Part shown: piece by piece, positions 1 through 11,638 of the stretch
How the letters are laid out: each line of letters opens with the position of its first letter
Position numbering within the stretch: the stretch's first letter is position 1
NCBI GenBank assembly: GCA_002269645.1
Contig: NIVC01001328.1
Coordinates: 45,294-104,019 of the forward strand
DNA length: 58,726 bases
Reading direction: 5' to 3'
Source: Macrostomum lignano
Lineage: Eukaryota
Program-made: the position numbers and the translations under genes
Notes under the pieces: generated by a model
Seen by the model: the letters and a program-made list of their open reading frames with translations, nothing else
What the model was told of the DNA's origin: nothing
Databases searched by the model: none

Positions 1-2325
1 TGCGACTACTCAAAAGTGTCAGAGTTGATGCAGAAGTGTTGCGGCGTATTGTCCCAAAGTCCTGCGCCAGTCTGGCGGTTCAGTGTCTGCGCCGCTTTGA
101 CAGAAGCACATCGGGAAATGTAGCATTCGGATCGACTACTCCATCCAATTGGTAAGTTAACACCATATTAAAAATTTATGGTAAACCACATTGGTATTTA
201 CTACTTGCCAAATGATACTCTTCCACGTTAAACTCAGGCGCACTTCTTCCGAAAGCCAATTTAGCACAGAGCTGTTTGAAACTCTCGATGGCTCCGGCTT
301 CAACAGAGTCGGTGCCCTCGGTCAGCAGGCTGAGGCAGAAATTTTGCAGCAAATCGTTCGTCACCTGAAGCCAGACACGTGCATCAATGTAGTTGGCAGC
401 TTCAGCGAAGGATTGGGCAGCTCGATGAAGTGTCTTAATGGCCAGATCGACAAGGACTCCGACATCGACTTCACGGAGATCCTCGCTGACAAACTGCACA
501 TCAAAGGTCGCTGCCAATGCGAGTCACCGGATCCTCAGAAAATAGTCGAATACAAGAAAGGTTACGTTCGCTACCCCGTTGCAAGTAAGTTAAACTCGGT
601 CGCAATTGTGCTTTCTGATTTGTAAATAGCAGCTTGACTTTGGCCCTGCAAATCCGCTTGTAAAGAAAGATCCAAATAAATAACCGTTGTATCAAATACC
701 GAAACTGCGTTTGTTGCAGCTGCGAATCCGAGCAACCCTCAGTTCGGCACGCCCCAGTCCCCAGCCATGGACTACGTTAACGCCTTGCGAACCTGCTGCT
801 ACCCGACATTGAGGTCCTAAGACCAGGTCGACCGACTCAAATCCAACCGCATCTGCTCAAAGCACTCACAACCGAGCTCCAGACGTCCCTGTGTCACTTG
901 GTCAGAGCGGCACCTCCTGACAAGAAAGGCGAATGGCTCAGATTGAGCACCACCTTCCTCGAGAGGCTCATGATTCGAGGCTTCAACACACTGCAAGGCC
1001 AGCTGTTCGTCATCCTCAAGTTCCTCATCAAGCGACATCTGTCCAAGTCAGTAAGCGTTCTCAAGACCTACGTGGCAAAGACGCTGATGTTCCGCATGAT
1101 TGACGAGACTGCTGAAGACGAATGGCGTGCTGACAATCTGCTGCAGCTCGCACGGCGAGCTCTGGAGATTCTGTGCGACGGTCTGCAGCATGGCGGAGAG
1201 CACGAGTGCCTGCCGCACTTCTTTGCACCTGACGCAGCCGTGTACCTGCGGAGTGGTCACTCGAAAAAGAGGGACGTAATGAAAGCAATCAAGAGCACAC
1301 TGGAAAACCTGAGACAGCCTCTTGTCCAACTCATGGGACAGCTGGTCACTACGAAAAACTCGAAATTCATGCAGTTTCACCCATTTACATTGGTGCCGGT
1401 TACATATGATCTGCACTCAGTCTGCACCGACATCAGCCTGCTGCACCTTTATCCCGTGGTGTGGACTCTGTTGCGAGATTTGGCAACCGATTCGAAACCC
1501 CCGATGCAGCTCATTAGCAGCATCCCTGACTGCGCGTTGTCAGTTCGAGAGAGCCTCAGAGCGATGGCCCAGCTGAAGACGGGTCAGCAAGAAGCTGCTT
1601 TGTACACACTGCGAGCGGCGGCTCAACACACGGTCAGCAAGGGAGTCGTCAAGAAGCAGCTCACTACTCTGTCGGATGTCACCGCGGATGTCTGGCAGCA
1701 GATGGAGAACAGCGACTCGATCTTGCGATTCTGCTTCCGCTACGACCGACGTCGGATCTCAAGTGCCCCGGTTCGTCAAAGACAACTTTCCCCTGGGCAT
1801 GCAGATCTACGGAAACAGGTTCTACATGAACTTTAGCGCACTGCTGAAGTGCCTGTGTCTGGAGCTCATTCCGACCGACGTGAAGGACGAGTCCCGACGC
1901 TGGTTCGAGGAGACACTCGGAGACCAGGAGGCAGACGCGGCCGACCTCCTGCTGGCTCTGCAGTACTGCACCGACGCGGAAACCCTGGCCGGCATTGTGC
2001 ACCGGAACAGTGACGCCATCGCGAGTACACCATCTATGCAGTCGAAACTCAGCGACAGCATGCTGCGACTGGTCAGTGATAGCGTATGCATCCTTGATAT
2101 AAGTAGCGTTTCTCATTCCATCTTCATGATTTTAAACCGAAATAGATGGAGAAAATTGATTCATCCAACCACGGATTGTAGCCGTACCTGCACGAGAGCT
2201 GCATGCGACGGATTTTGCTGGGCTTGGCGCACCAACTGCGTCTGGAAGCAACCGCCGGAAAGTGTCGCCGTCGGCGGCGGCGCAGCGGCCGAATGCGGGA
2301 GCTGCCAGTGGCTGTGCGCACGTAG
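1..2325 (+). pseudogene. cGAS-like receptor (Mab-21 family nucleotidyltransferase), copy 1; 5'-partial, disrupted (or carrying sequencing errors)
   Basis: Model join(<1..151,238..584,720..2071,2146..2325), with GT-AG introns whose phases match. Motifs: VVGSFSEG...DSDIDF, AMDYVNALRTCCYP, WLRLSTTFLERLMI, LKTYVAKTLMF, LPHFFAP. Relative to copy 2 it has a 1-nt deletion at ~805, a 1-nt plus a 4-nt deletion at ~1753-1765, and TAG at 2179-2181 where copy 2 has CAG. Confidence 0.75.
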
Positions 2326-3753
2326 TGCAATCAGTGCGTTAAGCATGAACTGTTTGCTAAAGCTAAAAACTAAACTTACGACTTTACATGTACGCTCGTA
2401 TTTCTGGCAATATTTGCTGTTCATCTTCATTTATTTATTACAAGCGAACAAGACGATAGTAATTAGTTGAGAGTGCCGATGGGCATCACTGAGCAGTTAT
2501 TCTGAGCTAATATATCTAGCTACCAGGTATTTAGACTCATCTGTGGGAGAAAAAGAGCAAATTTTGAATCCCTTTTATACAAAGCAAGTCTTAGTCTCTT
2601 TATCCTGTCGTGAAAGTTGTTGGCCTTGAAATCTTTTTGATTTCAATGCTTTTCAAAATCATTCAAAATTTCAAATGATTTCAAAATCTATTCTCACAGC
2701 ATAGGCAAACTTTTCATTTAGCATAAATTCTAGCAACGGCTTGCTGGACTATCTCTAGAAATCGATCTGAATACAAATGTATAATTTTCTATGGGATTTT
2801 AATTACCGCCTGATAATAAATTATTTCTGCTAATTCTGCGAGTTATAATGATTTCTCCTGTAAATATTTTCATAATTTAACATTTGCTGAAGATTCCTGA
2901 TCAATAAACATCGGTAACAGTAAACGGCTTTGTTCATGTTGTTTTGGTTGCAAAGGGTTTTAAATTTGAATAAGCCTGCCACTTTAGGCTGATTGTTTTT
3001 TTTATTCGACTGAAATAAAAAATTGCAAAGAAATAGAGTCGAACTAAAGTGCAAAGATGACTACAGGTCACAGGGAGTAACTATAGGCGGCAATTAGTTT
3101 ACAGACATAACAGCCTTATAGCTTCCAGCTCTACAACTTTGTGAGGGTTTTTAGAGTTCGTATACTCAGACAAGAGCGTTGATAAACTTGAAGCAGAACA
3201 GCACGGTGAGTGTATGGGGTCAGCAGGAACAGATCGTACACCAGGTCTACTGACTTTATCAACTCTCTCAAAAGCCAATCGTTGCTGGTTAGCAGATAAA
3301 ATGTGAGCAGCCCAGACCGCAGGTTCAGGTGCAGCGCAGGCGGTATCTACGGCCGTATCGTAGAAAGCTCTGCAGGTGGCAGACAGACCAGCATGAGGAA
3401 GCAGAGAACCAGGATGACTGTCCTCATAACTGACTAACTGTTGCAACGAAGATAATTTGCCAATTATTTAACCAAATAGGTTCCCTCACTTTGCTTAGTT
3501 GCATACAACCCGGATCCAGAGCAGCTCAGCAGCTCAGTCACCACCCCCAGGTTCGATCCCTGCTCGGCCGCATTCATTTGAGACTTTTCACGAAAATTGG
3601 CCTGGGGATGTTGTGAGATTCACACCTATGAGGATCAACTGCCAAGGCACAGAAAGTGTACATGTCTGACGATTAGAAAGTTAGGACCGCTGTACACACT
3701 GTGTGAGCGAGTGTGTGAGTGTACTACAGTATTGGCGCGTTTGTATGTGCTCA

Positions 3754-4648
3754 GGGGGTCGCCATCAAAAACCCGAAAAACCACAAATTGAAAGCACTTC
3801 CCATCATAAACCCGAAATATCACAAACCCGAAATATCACAAACCCGAAAGTGTTAGCAACGCACATCATAAACCTGAAATATCACAAACTCGAAATATCT
3901 TCCCTACATGTACATGCGTCAGTAGCGTTATAAGTTTTGGATTTGTGAAAATTGCGAATTGTGAGGTTTTATGAGGTTTTATGAGGGATTGTGATAGATC
4001 GGGATGAATTGTGAGGGATTATCATAACTCCGAAAACCAAAATAGTGTTGGACATTGCTAGAACTTTCGGAGTTATGATATTTCGGGTTTATGATGGGCA
4101 ATGCTATTTTGTTTTTCGGAGTTATGATTTTTCGGGTTTATGATATTTCGGGTTTATGATGTGCGTTGCTATCAATTTCGGAGTTATGATATGTCGGGTT
4201 GTTTTGATATTTCGGGTTTATGATATTTCGGGTTTATCATGTGCGTTGCTATAAATTTCGGAGTTGTGATATTTCGGGTTTTTTGGTATATCGGGTTTAT
4301 GATATTTCGGGTTTTTTGATATTTCGGGTTTATGATATTTCGGGTTTATGATATTTCGGGTTTTTTTATATTTCGGGTTTGTGATATCTCGGGTTTATGA
4401 TATTTCGGGTTTGTGATATTTCGGGTTTGTGATATTTCGGGTTTTTTGATATTTCGGGTTTGTGATATTTCGGGTTTATGATATTTCGGGTTTTTTTATA
4501 TTTCGGGTTTATGATATTTCGGGTTTTTTTATATTTCGGGTTTATGATATTTCGGTTTTTTTATATTTCGGGTTTGTGATATTTCGGATTCATGATGGAA
4601 AGCGCTTTTCGGAGTTGTGATTTTTCGGGTATGCGATGCCCCCCCCCC
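3754..4648. mobile_element. Foldback-like non-autonomous DNA transposon with minisatellite arms
   Basis: Imperfect terminal inverted repeats of ~80 nt begin with GGGGG. The arms are built of ~16-18-nt units (GATATTTCGGGTTTAT and its reverse complement). TGCTCA is duplicated on both flanks (3748-3753, 4649-4654). Confidence 0.75.
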
Positions 4649-5052
4649 TGCTCAGGAGTCAGCGGAACGGGCAGAATGGCCTCAGTGCTGGTAGTGTGGG
4701 ACAATGTCACCAAATGCGTTGTGCCGGGGTGGGGCAGAGCCCTTTCTGCGAATATTGATAATTGAGCATGTTGTTTCTCTATTTCAGAATAATAAACTGT
4801 TAATTTCACCAACAATCACTCGTTGATAACACTTGTAAATGCCATCCATATACAGCAAACAGGCCGTTCATATGGATTTCTATGGACTTTCAAAGCAAGA
4901 AAATTCTATGTTTTTGATTTGCTGTTTCTCTGCTCCCTATGCATTGCTTTCTGTATTATAGCTCCTTGATGGTAAGCATTTTTTGTTAGTGCAGGCAGAT
5001 ACTACTTATTAAATTTCCGAATAAACAATTAGAATAAATATTATATTAGATT

Positions 5053-5273
5053 CAGGAGCGTAGGGAGGGGGATAGGGGGGATGTATCCCCCCCGAAGAGC
5101 CTGGCCAAAACTTTTTTGTTGCCCTTTGTTGCTATACATGCTACCATGTGACTCTGTCATAGCACTTTTTCCTTGGTGTATCCTCCCGTAGGAAATTCAC
5201 CTTGGTGTATCCCCCCCGTAGGAAATTCACCTTGGTGTATCCCCCCCGTAGGAAATTCCTGGCTACGCCCCTG
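5053..5273. mobile_element. hAT-like MITE
   Basis: Termini CAGGAGCGTAG ... CTACGCCCCTG. Flanks ATTAGATT/ATTAGATC give an 8-bp TSD with 7/8 match. Three internal ~30-nt repeats (CCTTGGTGTATCCCCCCCGTAGGAAATTCA). Confidence 0.7.
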
Positions 5274-5376
5274 ATTAGATCCATAGAATTGTATGGATGA
5301 ACATAAATTTCAACACAATTTTCTTAAGTCATTGTTAAGTCATTGTTAGCCTATTTTAGAGACACTGTTTCCAAGG

Positions 5377-7475
5377 TTACCATTGCATCTTCCAGTCAGG
5401 TGTGTTTTTATAGTCCGGGCGTGGAGGCCGTGTCTCTCGCTCAGGCTCAGGTGTGGTCTCATAGTCCGGGCGTGGAGGCCGTGTCTCTCGATCAGGCTCA
5501 GGTGTGGTCTCATAGTCCGGGCGTGGAGGCCGTGTTTCTTGCTCAGGCTCAGGTGTGGTCTCATAGTCCGGGCGTGGAGGCCGTGTTTCTTGCTCAGGCT
5601 CAGGTGTGGTCTCATAGTCCGGGCGTGGAGGCCGTGTTTCTTGCTCAGGCTCAGGTGTGGTCTCATAGTCCGGGCGTGGAGGCCGTGTTTCTCGATCAGG
5701 CTCAGGTGTGGTCTCATAGTCCGGGCGTGGAGGCCGTGTTTCTTGCTCAGGCTCAGGTGTGGTCTCATAGTCCGGGCGTGGAGGCCGTGTCTCTCGATCA
5801 GGCTCAGGTGTGGTCTCATATTCCGGGCGTGGAGGCCGTGTTTCTTGCTCAGGCTCAGGTGTGGTCTCATAGTCCGGGCGTGGAGGCCGTGTTTCTTGCT
5901 CAGGCTCAGGTGTGGTCTCATAGTCCGGGCGTGGAGGCCGTGTTTCTTGCTCAGGCTCAGGTGTGGTCTCATATTCCGGGCGTGGTGGCCGTGTTTCTTG
6001 CTCAGGCTCAGGTGAGGCTCCACCAAAATCATAAAGGTGGGGAGGCAATGGTGGCAAATTTTTTGTCACGGATTGTACTTCTGGAAAATAATTGGCAACG
6101 ATTTTTGTGTAACGAAACAGCTGGCTCATGTGATACCAAATCCGTCTGAGCACTTCTATTTGCCAATAATCGAGCTGAATGACACGTTTCGTGTTAGGCT
6201 TTTCTTCTTTTGGCTTACTGGTGCCGTATTGCCTGGTCCTGTAGTTTGCAGTGTAATCCTCCCGCGTTGTAGGGAACCATGGAGAGCGCGTAGTCTTGCC
6301 GTATTGCCTGGTCCTGTAGTTTGCAGTGTAATCCTCCCGCGTTGTAGGGAACCATGGAGAGCGCGTAGTCTTGCCGTATTGCCTGGTCCTGTAGTTTGCA
6401 GTGTAATCCTCCCGCGGTGTAGGGAACCATGGAGAGCGCGTAGTCTTGCCGTATTGCCTGGTCCTGTAGTTTGCAGTGTCATCCTCCCGCGGTGTAGGGA
6501 ACCATGGAGAGCGCGTAGTCTTGCCGTATTGCCTGGTCCTGTAGTTTGCAGTGTCATCCTCCCGCGTTGTAGGGAACCATGGAGAGCGCGTAGTCTTGCC
6601 GTATTGCCTGGTCCTGTAGTTTGCAGTGTCATCCTCCCGCGGTGTAGGGAACCATGGAGAGCGCGTAGTCTTGCCGTATTGCCTGGTCCTGTAGTTTGCA
6701 GTGTCATCCTCCCGCGGTGTAGGGAACCATGGAGAGCGCGTAGTCTTGCCGTATTGCCTGGTCCTGTAGTTTGCAGTGTCATCCTCCCGCGTTGTAGGGA
6801 ACCATGGAGAGCGCGTAGTCTTGCCGTATTGCCTGGTCCTGTAGTTTGCAGTGTAATCCTCCCGCGTTGTAGGGAACCATGGAGAGCGCGTAGTCTTGCC
6901 GTATTGCCTGGTCCTGTAGTTTGCAGTGTAATCCTCCCGCGTTGTAGGGAACCATGGAGAGCGCGTAGTCTTGCCGTATTGCCTGGTCCTGTAGTTTGCA
7001 GTGTCATCCTCCCGCGTTGTAGGGAACCATGGAGAGCGCGTAGTCTTGCCGTATTGCCTGGTCCTGTAGTTTGCAGTGTCATCCTCCCGCGGTGTAGGGA
7101 ACCATGGAGAGCGCGTAGTCTTGCCGTATTGCCTGGTCCTGTAGTTTGCAGTGTAATCCTCCCGCGTGTAGGGAACCATGGAGAGCGCGTAGTCTTGCCG
7201 TATTGCCTGGTCCTGTAGTTTGCAGTGTAATCCTCCCGCGTTGTAGGGAACCATGGAGAGCGCGTAGTCTTGCCGTATTGCCTGGTCCTGCCGTTTGTAG
7301 TGTCATCCTCCCGCGGTGTAGGGAACCATGGAGAGCGCGTAGTCTTGCCGTATTGCCTGGTCCTGTATTTCGCAGTGTAATCCTTCCAGTGCTGTTGGAA
7401 TCTAAACGTGGGAAGGGCAACGACCGCGCTCAATCCGAGAGCAAGGAGCAAAAGCACGATCTTTAAGTCAGCCAT
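5377..7475 (-). CDS. Secreted two-module tandem-repeat protein (~699 aa if one frameshift is corrected)
   Basis: ATG at 7475 starts a signal peptide (MADLKIVLLLLALGLSAVVA-LP). Then ~15 x 25-aa RQYGKTTRSPWFPTTREDYTANYRT, a unique linker, and 12 x 17-aa PEPEQETRPPRPDYETT. One repeat unit is 1 nt short at ~7166 (CCCGCGTGTA), joining the 6156..7484 and 5377..7254 ORFs. Confidence 0.7.
5408..6020. repeat. 51-nt coding tandem repeat, 12 copies
   Basis: The unit AGTCCGGGCGTGGAGGCCGTGTTTCTTGCTCAGGCTCAGGTGTGGTCTCAT recurs every 51 nt. Confidence 0.95.
6225..7385. repeat. 75-nt coding tandem repeat, ~15 copies
   Basis: The unit GTATTGCCTGGTCCTGTAGTTTGCAGTGT(A/C)ATCCTCCCGCG(T/G)TGTAGGGAACCATGGAGAGCGCGTAGTCTTGCC recurs every 75 nt. 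Confidence 0.95.
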
Positions 7476-8012
7476 GCTTGTCAATTCGCTGATACGAATT
7501 TCTCAGTAAGGACTTCAAAGTGGACCTGTATTGTGTTATATAGTCTGCAAATGCGCATAAACGGACGACATTTTCACTCCATTTGAGAAAAATACTTACC
7601 TCGAAAAAATTCAAAGGCTGCTGTGCAGACAATCATAAACAGATAATTGCGTCTCAGGTATAAAAAGATATTTCGATTTTTGCGATTTTGCAGACAGAGA
7701 GAAAATATTCTTTGAAATGCGAAATTCGACGCCGCCTTTTCGCTAAATTTGCCGAAGCGAAAAAATAAAAGAATAGCCAGGAAATTATTCGATTTATTTT
7801 CAATTTTAGCTTCAAATTCTTATGCTGTCTTGGATTAATATCTTCACTAAGCCAGCTTACATTTCAGTTACTAATTAAGCTACTAAACTTGACACAACGA
7901 CCTGTATATTGATGAATCAAACAATGAGTTAACTTAATTAAACCAAAATAGCTAAATCCAAGATGACTTGTTGTTGACGTGACATTTACAAAGTATATGT
8001 ATCGAACCACCA

Positions 8013-11000
8013 TCAAATAGTTGCCAAGTCGGATTTTAAACGTCGCAAAATGACCTTTAATGTTCGCTCAACGCAGCGGTGCTTCAGATCGGCCTGCAAA
8101 ATTACGAGTGCAGACATCAATTCGTTTTCCTTCCAAAATTAAAAATGACGAATAGGACTCAAAAGAACCACAAAACGAAAAAGCTAAGGAACTCGCATCG
8201 TTTCTCGTAATGTTTTGAAAGCTAATCTGTTTTAACAAAATAAACGGTGAAAGTCTTTGATTCAAGGCCTGCTATTAAATGGTTGAGCATACTAATACAT
8301 GTGTCATGTCTTCGTATGCTCCGTTTATTATGTTTATCGTCCTACTGAATCATAATCGATAACTACGATCGTACATTAAGATGTTAGAGACTGGTGTTTA
8401 AGATATTAAAATCTAATTAGAATCGCGACATGCATAATTTTGTCAGGAAATACGCAATTCACCGGCCTCAAATCAAACCCTGTCACTGAAATTCACTGTC
8501 GGGAAATTCTAGTTTTGAAAATGATCCTTAACAAAATGAAGGCACACAAATTATTGCTTTACTTACGTTTCTTGCAAAACCGGCTTCCAAATTTGATTGA
8601 AGACTTGGTAAAATGTCGATAACGTCACTGTTCCGGTGCACAATGCCGGCCAGGGTGTCCGCGTCGGTGCAGTACTGCAGAGCCAGCAGGAGGTCGGCCG
8701 CGTCTGCCTCCTGGTCTCCGAGTGTCTCCTCGAACCAGCGTCGGGACTCGTCCTTCACGTCGGTCGGAATGAGCTCCAGACACAGGCACTTCAGCAGTGC
8801 GCTAAAGTTCATGTAGAACCTGTTTCCGTAGATCTGCATGCCCAGGGGAAAGTTGTCTTTGACGAACCGGGGCAAGAACTTGAGATCCGGACGTCGGTCG
8901 TAGCGGAAGCAGAATCGCCAGATCGAGTCGCTGTTCTCCAGCTGCTGCCAGACATCCGCGGTAACATCCGACAGAGTAGTGAGCTGCTTCTTGACGACTC
9001 CCTTGCTGACCGTGTGTTGAGCCGCCGCTCGCAGTGTGTACAAGGCAGCTTCTTGCTGACCCGTCTTCAGCTGGGCCATCGCTCTGAGGCTCTCTCGAAC
9101 TGACAAGGCGCAATCAGGGATGCTGCTAATGAGCTGCATGTCAACATGTGGTTCTTCTGCTAGTTGCAGAATTGTCATCCAGACAAGTGGGTAGAAGTCC
9201 AAGATTTGGGGACGCGTAGCATCGATTGAACATATACCCATTCTGATTGAATGTTCATCGTATAAAACAGGAATTAGTGTCATTAGATGAAATTCAAATA
9301 TTTCCTGACTTTCTTGTTGGCACAGTTGCTCTATAAATTGAAGCAGAGGCTGTCTCAGGTTTTCCAGTGTGCTTTTAATTGCTTTCATTACGTCGCTCTT
9401 TTCCGAGTGACCACTCCGCAGGTACACGGCTGCGTCAGGTGCAAAGAAGTGCGGCAGGCACTCGTGCTCTCCGCCATGCTGCAGACCGTCGCACAGAATC
9501 TCCAGAGCTCGCCGTGTGAGCTGCAGCAGATTGTCAGCACGCCATTCGTCTTCAGCAGTCTCGTCAATCATGCGGAACATCAGCGTCTTTGCCACGTAGG
9601 TCTTGAGACCGCTTACTGACTTGGACAGATGTCGCTTGATGAGGAACTTGAGGATGACGAACAGCTGGCCTTGCAGTGTGTTGAAGCCTCGAATCATGAG
9701 CCTCTCGAGGAAGGTGGTGCTCAATCTGAGCCATTCGCCTTCCTTGTCAGGAGGTGCCGCTCTGACCAAGTGACACAGGGACGTCTGGAGCTCGGTTGTG
9801 AGTGCTTTGAGCAGATGCGGTTGGATTTGAGTCGGTCGACCTGGTCTTAGGACCTCAATGTCCGGGTAGCAGCAGGTTCTCAAAGCCCAAACGCAGTCCA
9901 TGGCTGGGGACTGCAGTGTAGCTGCTAGAGGATGACTTGGATTTGCAGCTAAAAGCATAAAGGTGTATGAAATAGGCTAAAAGTGCGAAAATGACCTTGG
10001 ATAAAAGAACTTAATATACGAGCTCGTACATACTTACAACTGGATACTGAACATATCCTTTCTCGTACGCTGCCATTCTGCTTAGGTCCGGCGCCACGCA
10101 CTTGCAGTATTGTTGTAGGTGCAATTCAACCACTAAAATTACCGTGAAATCTATGTCGGAGTCGCTGTCAATACGACCATCCAGAGCTTTAAGAGAGCTG
10201 CCCCAGCCTTCACTGAAGCTCCCTACCGCATTGACACTGCCCATCCCACTTTTCCTCGCTATTTGCTGCAAAATGTCTGCCGCAGCCTGCTGCACAGCGG
10301 CACCTTCCTGGGTGAACCCAGAGTCTCTGAGGCAGCAGAATAACATCTGTGACAGGTCCTCTTCGTGACTGAGGGTGTCGTGTCTGTAAGGCAGTGAAAA
10401 CGTTTTCAGTCAGGACTGTTAAGTTTCTAAACACAACTCTCATACTACTTTTACTAAGCAGTATTTTACCTTTTTAGTTCCTTTTTCTGCAAAACTGTTT
10501 GTTGCTTTACAAGATCTATGCAGTCCTCAAGTAGTGCGACACACTGGCTCGGCATGTCTAGCAGATTGCTCTTGTTCAGGCTGCTATGATTTTCGCGCAT
10601 AATAACAAGCGCCGTCTCCCAATGACCCAATTGGCAGGCCTTAACCAGACAAGCTTCTGGGCTTTGAATGGAAGAGCCAAGGTCTTGCACTTTTAGCAGC
10701 GAAGTTGCCGTTTCCCAGTACGGATCTGCAGCCAAAGCCAGGGGCGTGTCTCCAGCATTGTTCACAAGAGAAGCTGAGGCTCCCGCATCGAGCAGCGTCT
10801 TGATAACATCTGTATGACCTTTCATAGCCGCTCTATGGAGAGGAGAATTTCCGGCCGCATCCTGGGCGTTCACTGAAGCATTAGACTGAATAAGAAGCCT
10901 CACAACTTCTGTTCGTCCATTCTCTGCTGCAGAGTGCAGCGGGGACGATTTAACATTGTCAAGAGCGTCGATTTCGGCCCCATTTTCGATTAGAAATATT

Positions 11001-11638
11001 GAAAGCTCAATGTGACCTCTCTGAGCGGCTTTGTGCAACTTTGTTTTAGTCTTCTGATTAACATCCGCTCCAGCGTCGAGCAGCCACCGCATGACTGTCA
11101 CATCGCCCCAACCGACTGAGGCGAACGCTGGTCCAACTAGAAATTGATTTGTCAGCGTAACATCTGCGCCAGCGCACAGCAGTAGCTTCAATATTTGGTT
11201 TTGACCGCACTGGGCCGCGATGATTAGCGGAGTTGAGCCGTCGATTCTGCGTAAATTGACATCAGCCCCGGCGTCAAGGAGTTGGCGGACAATACGGATA
11301 TTTCCAGCCCGTGTAGCGATTAGCAGCGGCGTTGATCCGTCCAAACGCTGGGCATTCGGACTCGCGCAGGCCAACAGCAGCGTCGCAACGGCGGCGTCAC
11401 AGCTGCCTTGGGCAGCCTCAAACAGCGGAGTTGCACCGTCGATCTGCGAGCAGTCAACCTGGGCCCCAGCGTTCAGTAGCGGTGCCATCGCTGCAACCAC
11501 ATCTTTTTGGCTTACCACGCAAAGCGGCGTCCGACCAGACGAGTCGCGAGTGTCCGGATTGGCGCCAGATTTTAGTAGCAACTTCACAGCCCCAATGTCT
11601 TCGGTGAGACAAGCGCGATGCAACTCAGACCCTGGCAT
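8013..11638 (-). CDS. Ankyrin-repeat / cGAS-like receptor (Mab-21 nucleotidyltransferase) fusion protein, ~1005 aa, copy 2
   Basis: Model complement(join(8013..8129,8567..9948,10034..10383,10470..11638)) = 3018 nt, open throughout. Introns are GT-AG with phases 2, 1 and 0, at the same positions as in copy 1. It has ~9-11 ANK repeats (TPL..A..G motifs), then AVGSFSEG...DSDIDF, AMDCVWALRTCCYP, WLRLSTTFLERLMI and LPHFFAP. Confidence 0.8.

Noticed and set aside
2730-2758. Helitron-like 3' end (CTAGCAACGGCTTGCTGG...CTAG); a similar hairpin at ~12096-12121
   Set aside because: Not followed by the expected T, and no matching 5' end was found; too short to support.
5408-7385. CRISPR-like regular arrays (also minisatellites A and B)
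   Set aside because: Units are contiguous with no unique spacers, there are no cas genes, and the context is eukaryotic.
5343-7466. Several long overlapping ORFs in other frames (5343..6149+, 5346..6032-, 5383..6015+, 6037..7218+)
   Set aside because: By-products of stop-free 51- and 75-nt repeats. Only the minus frame has a signal peptide and a sensible linker.
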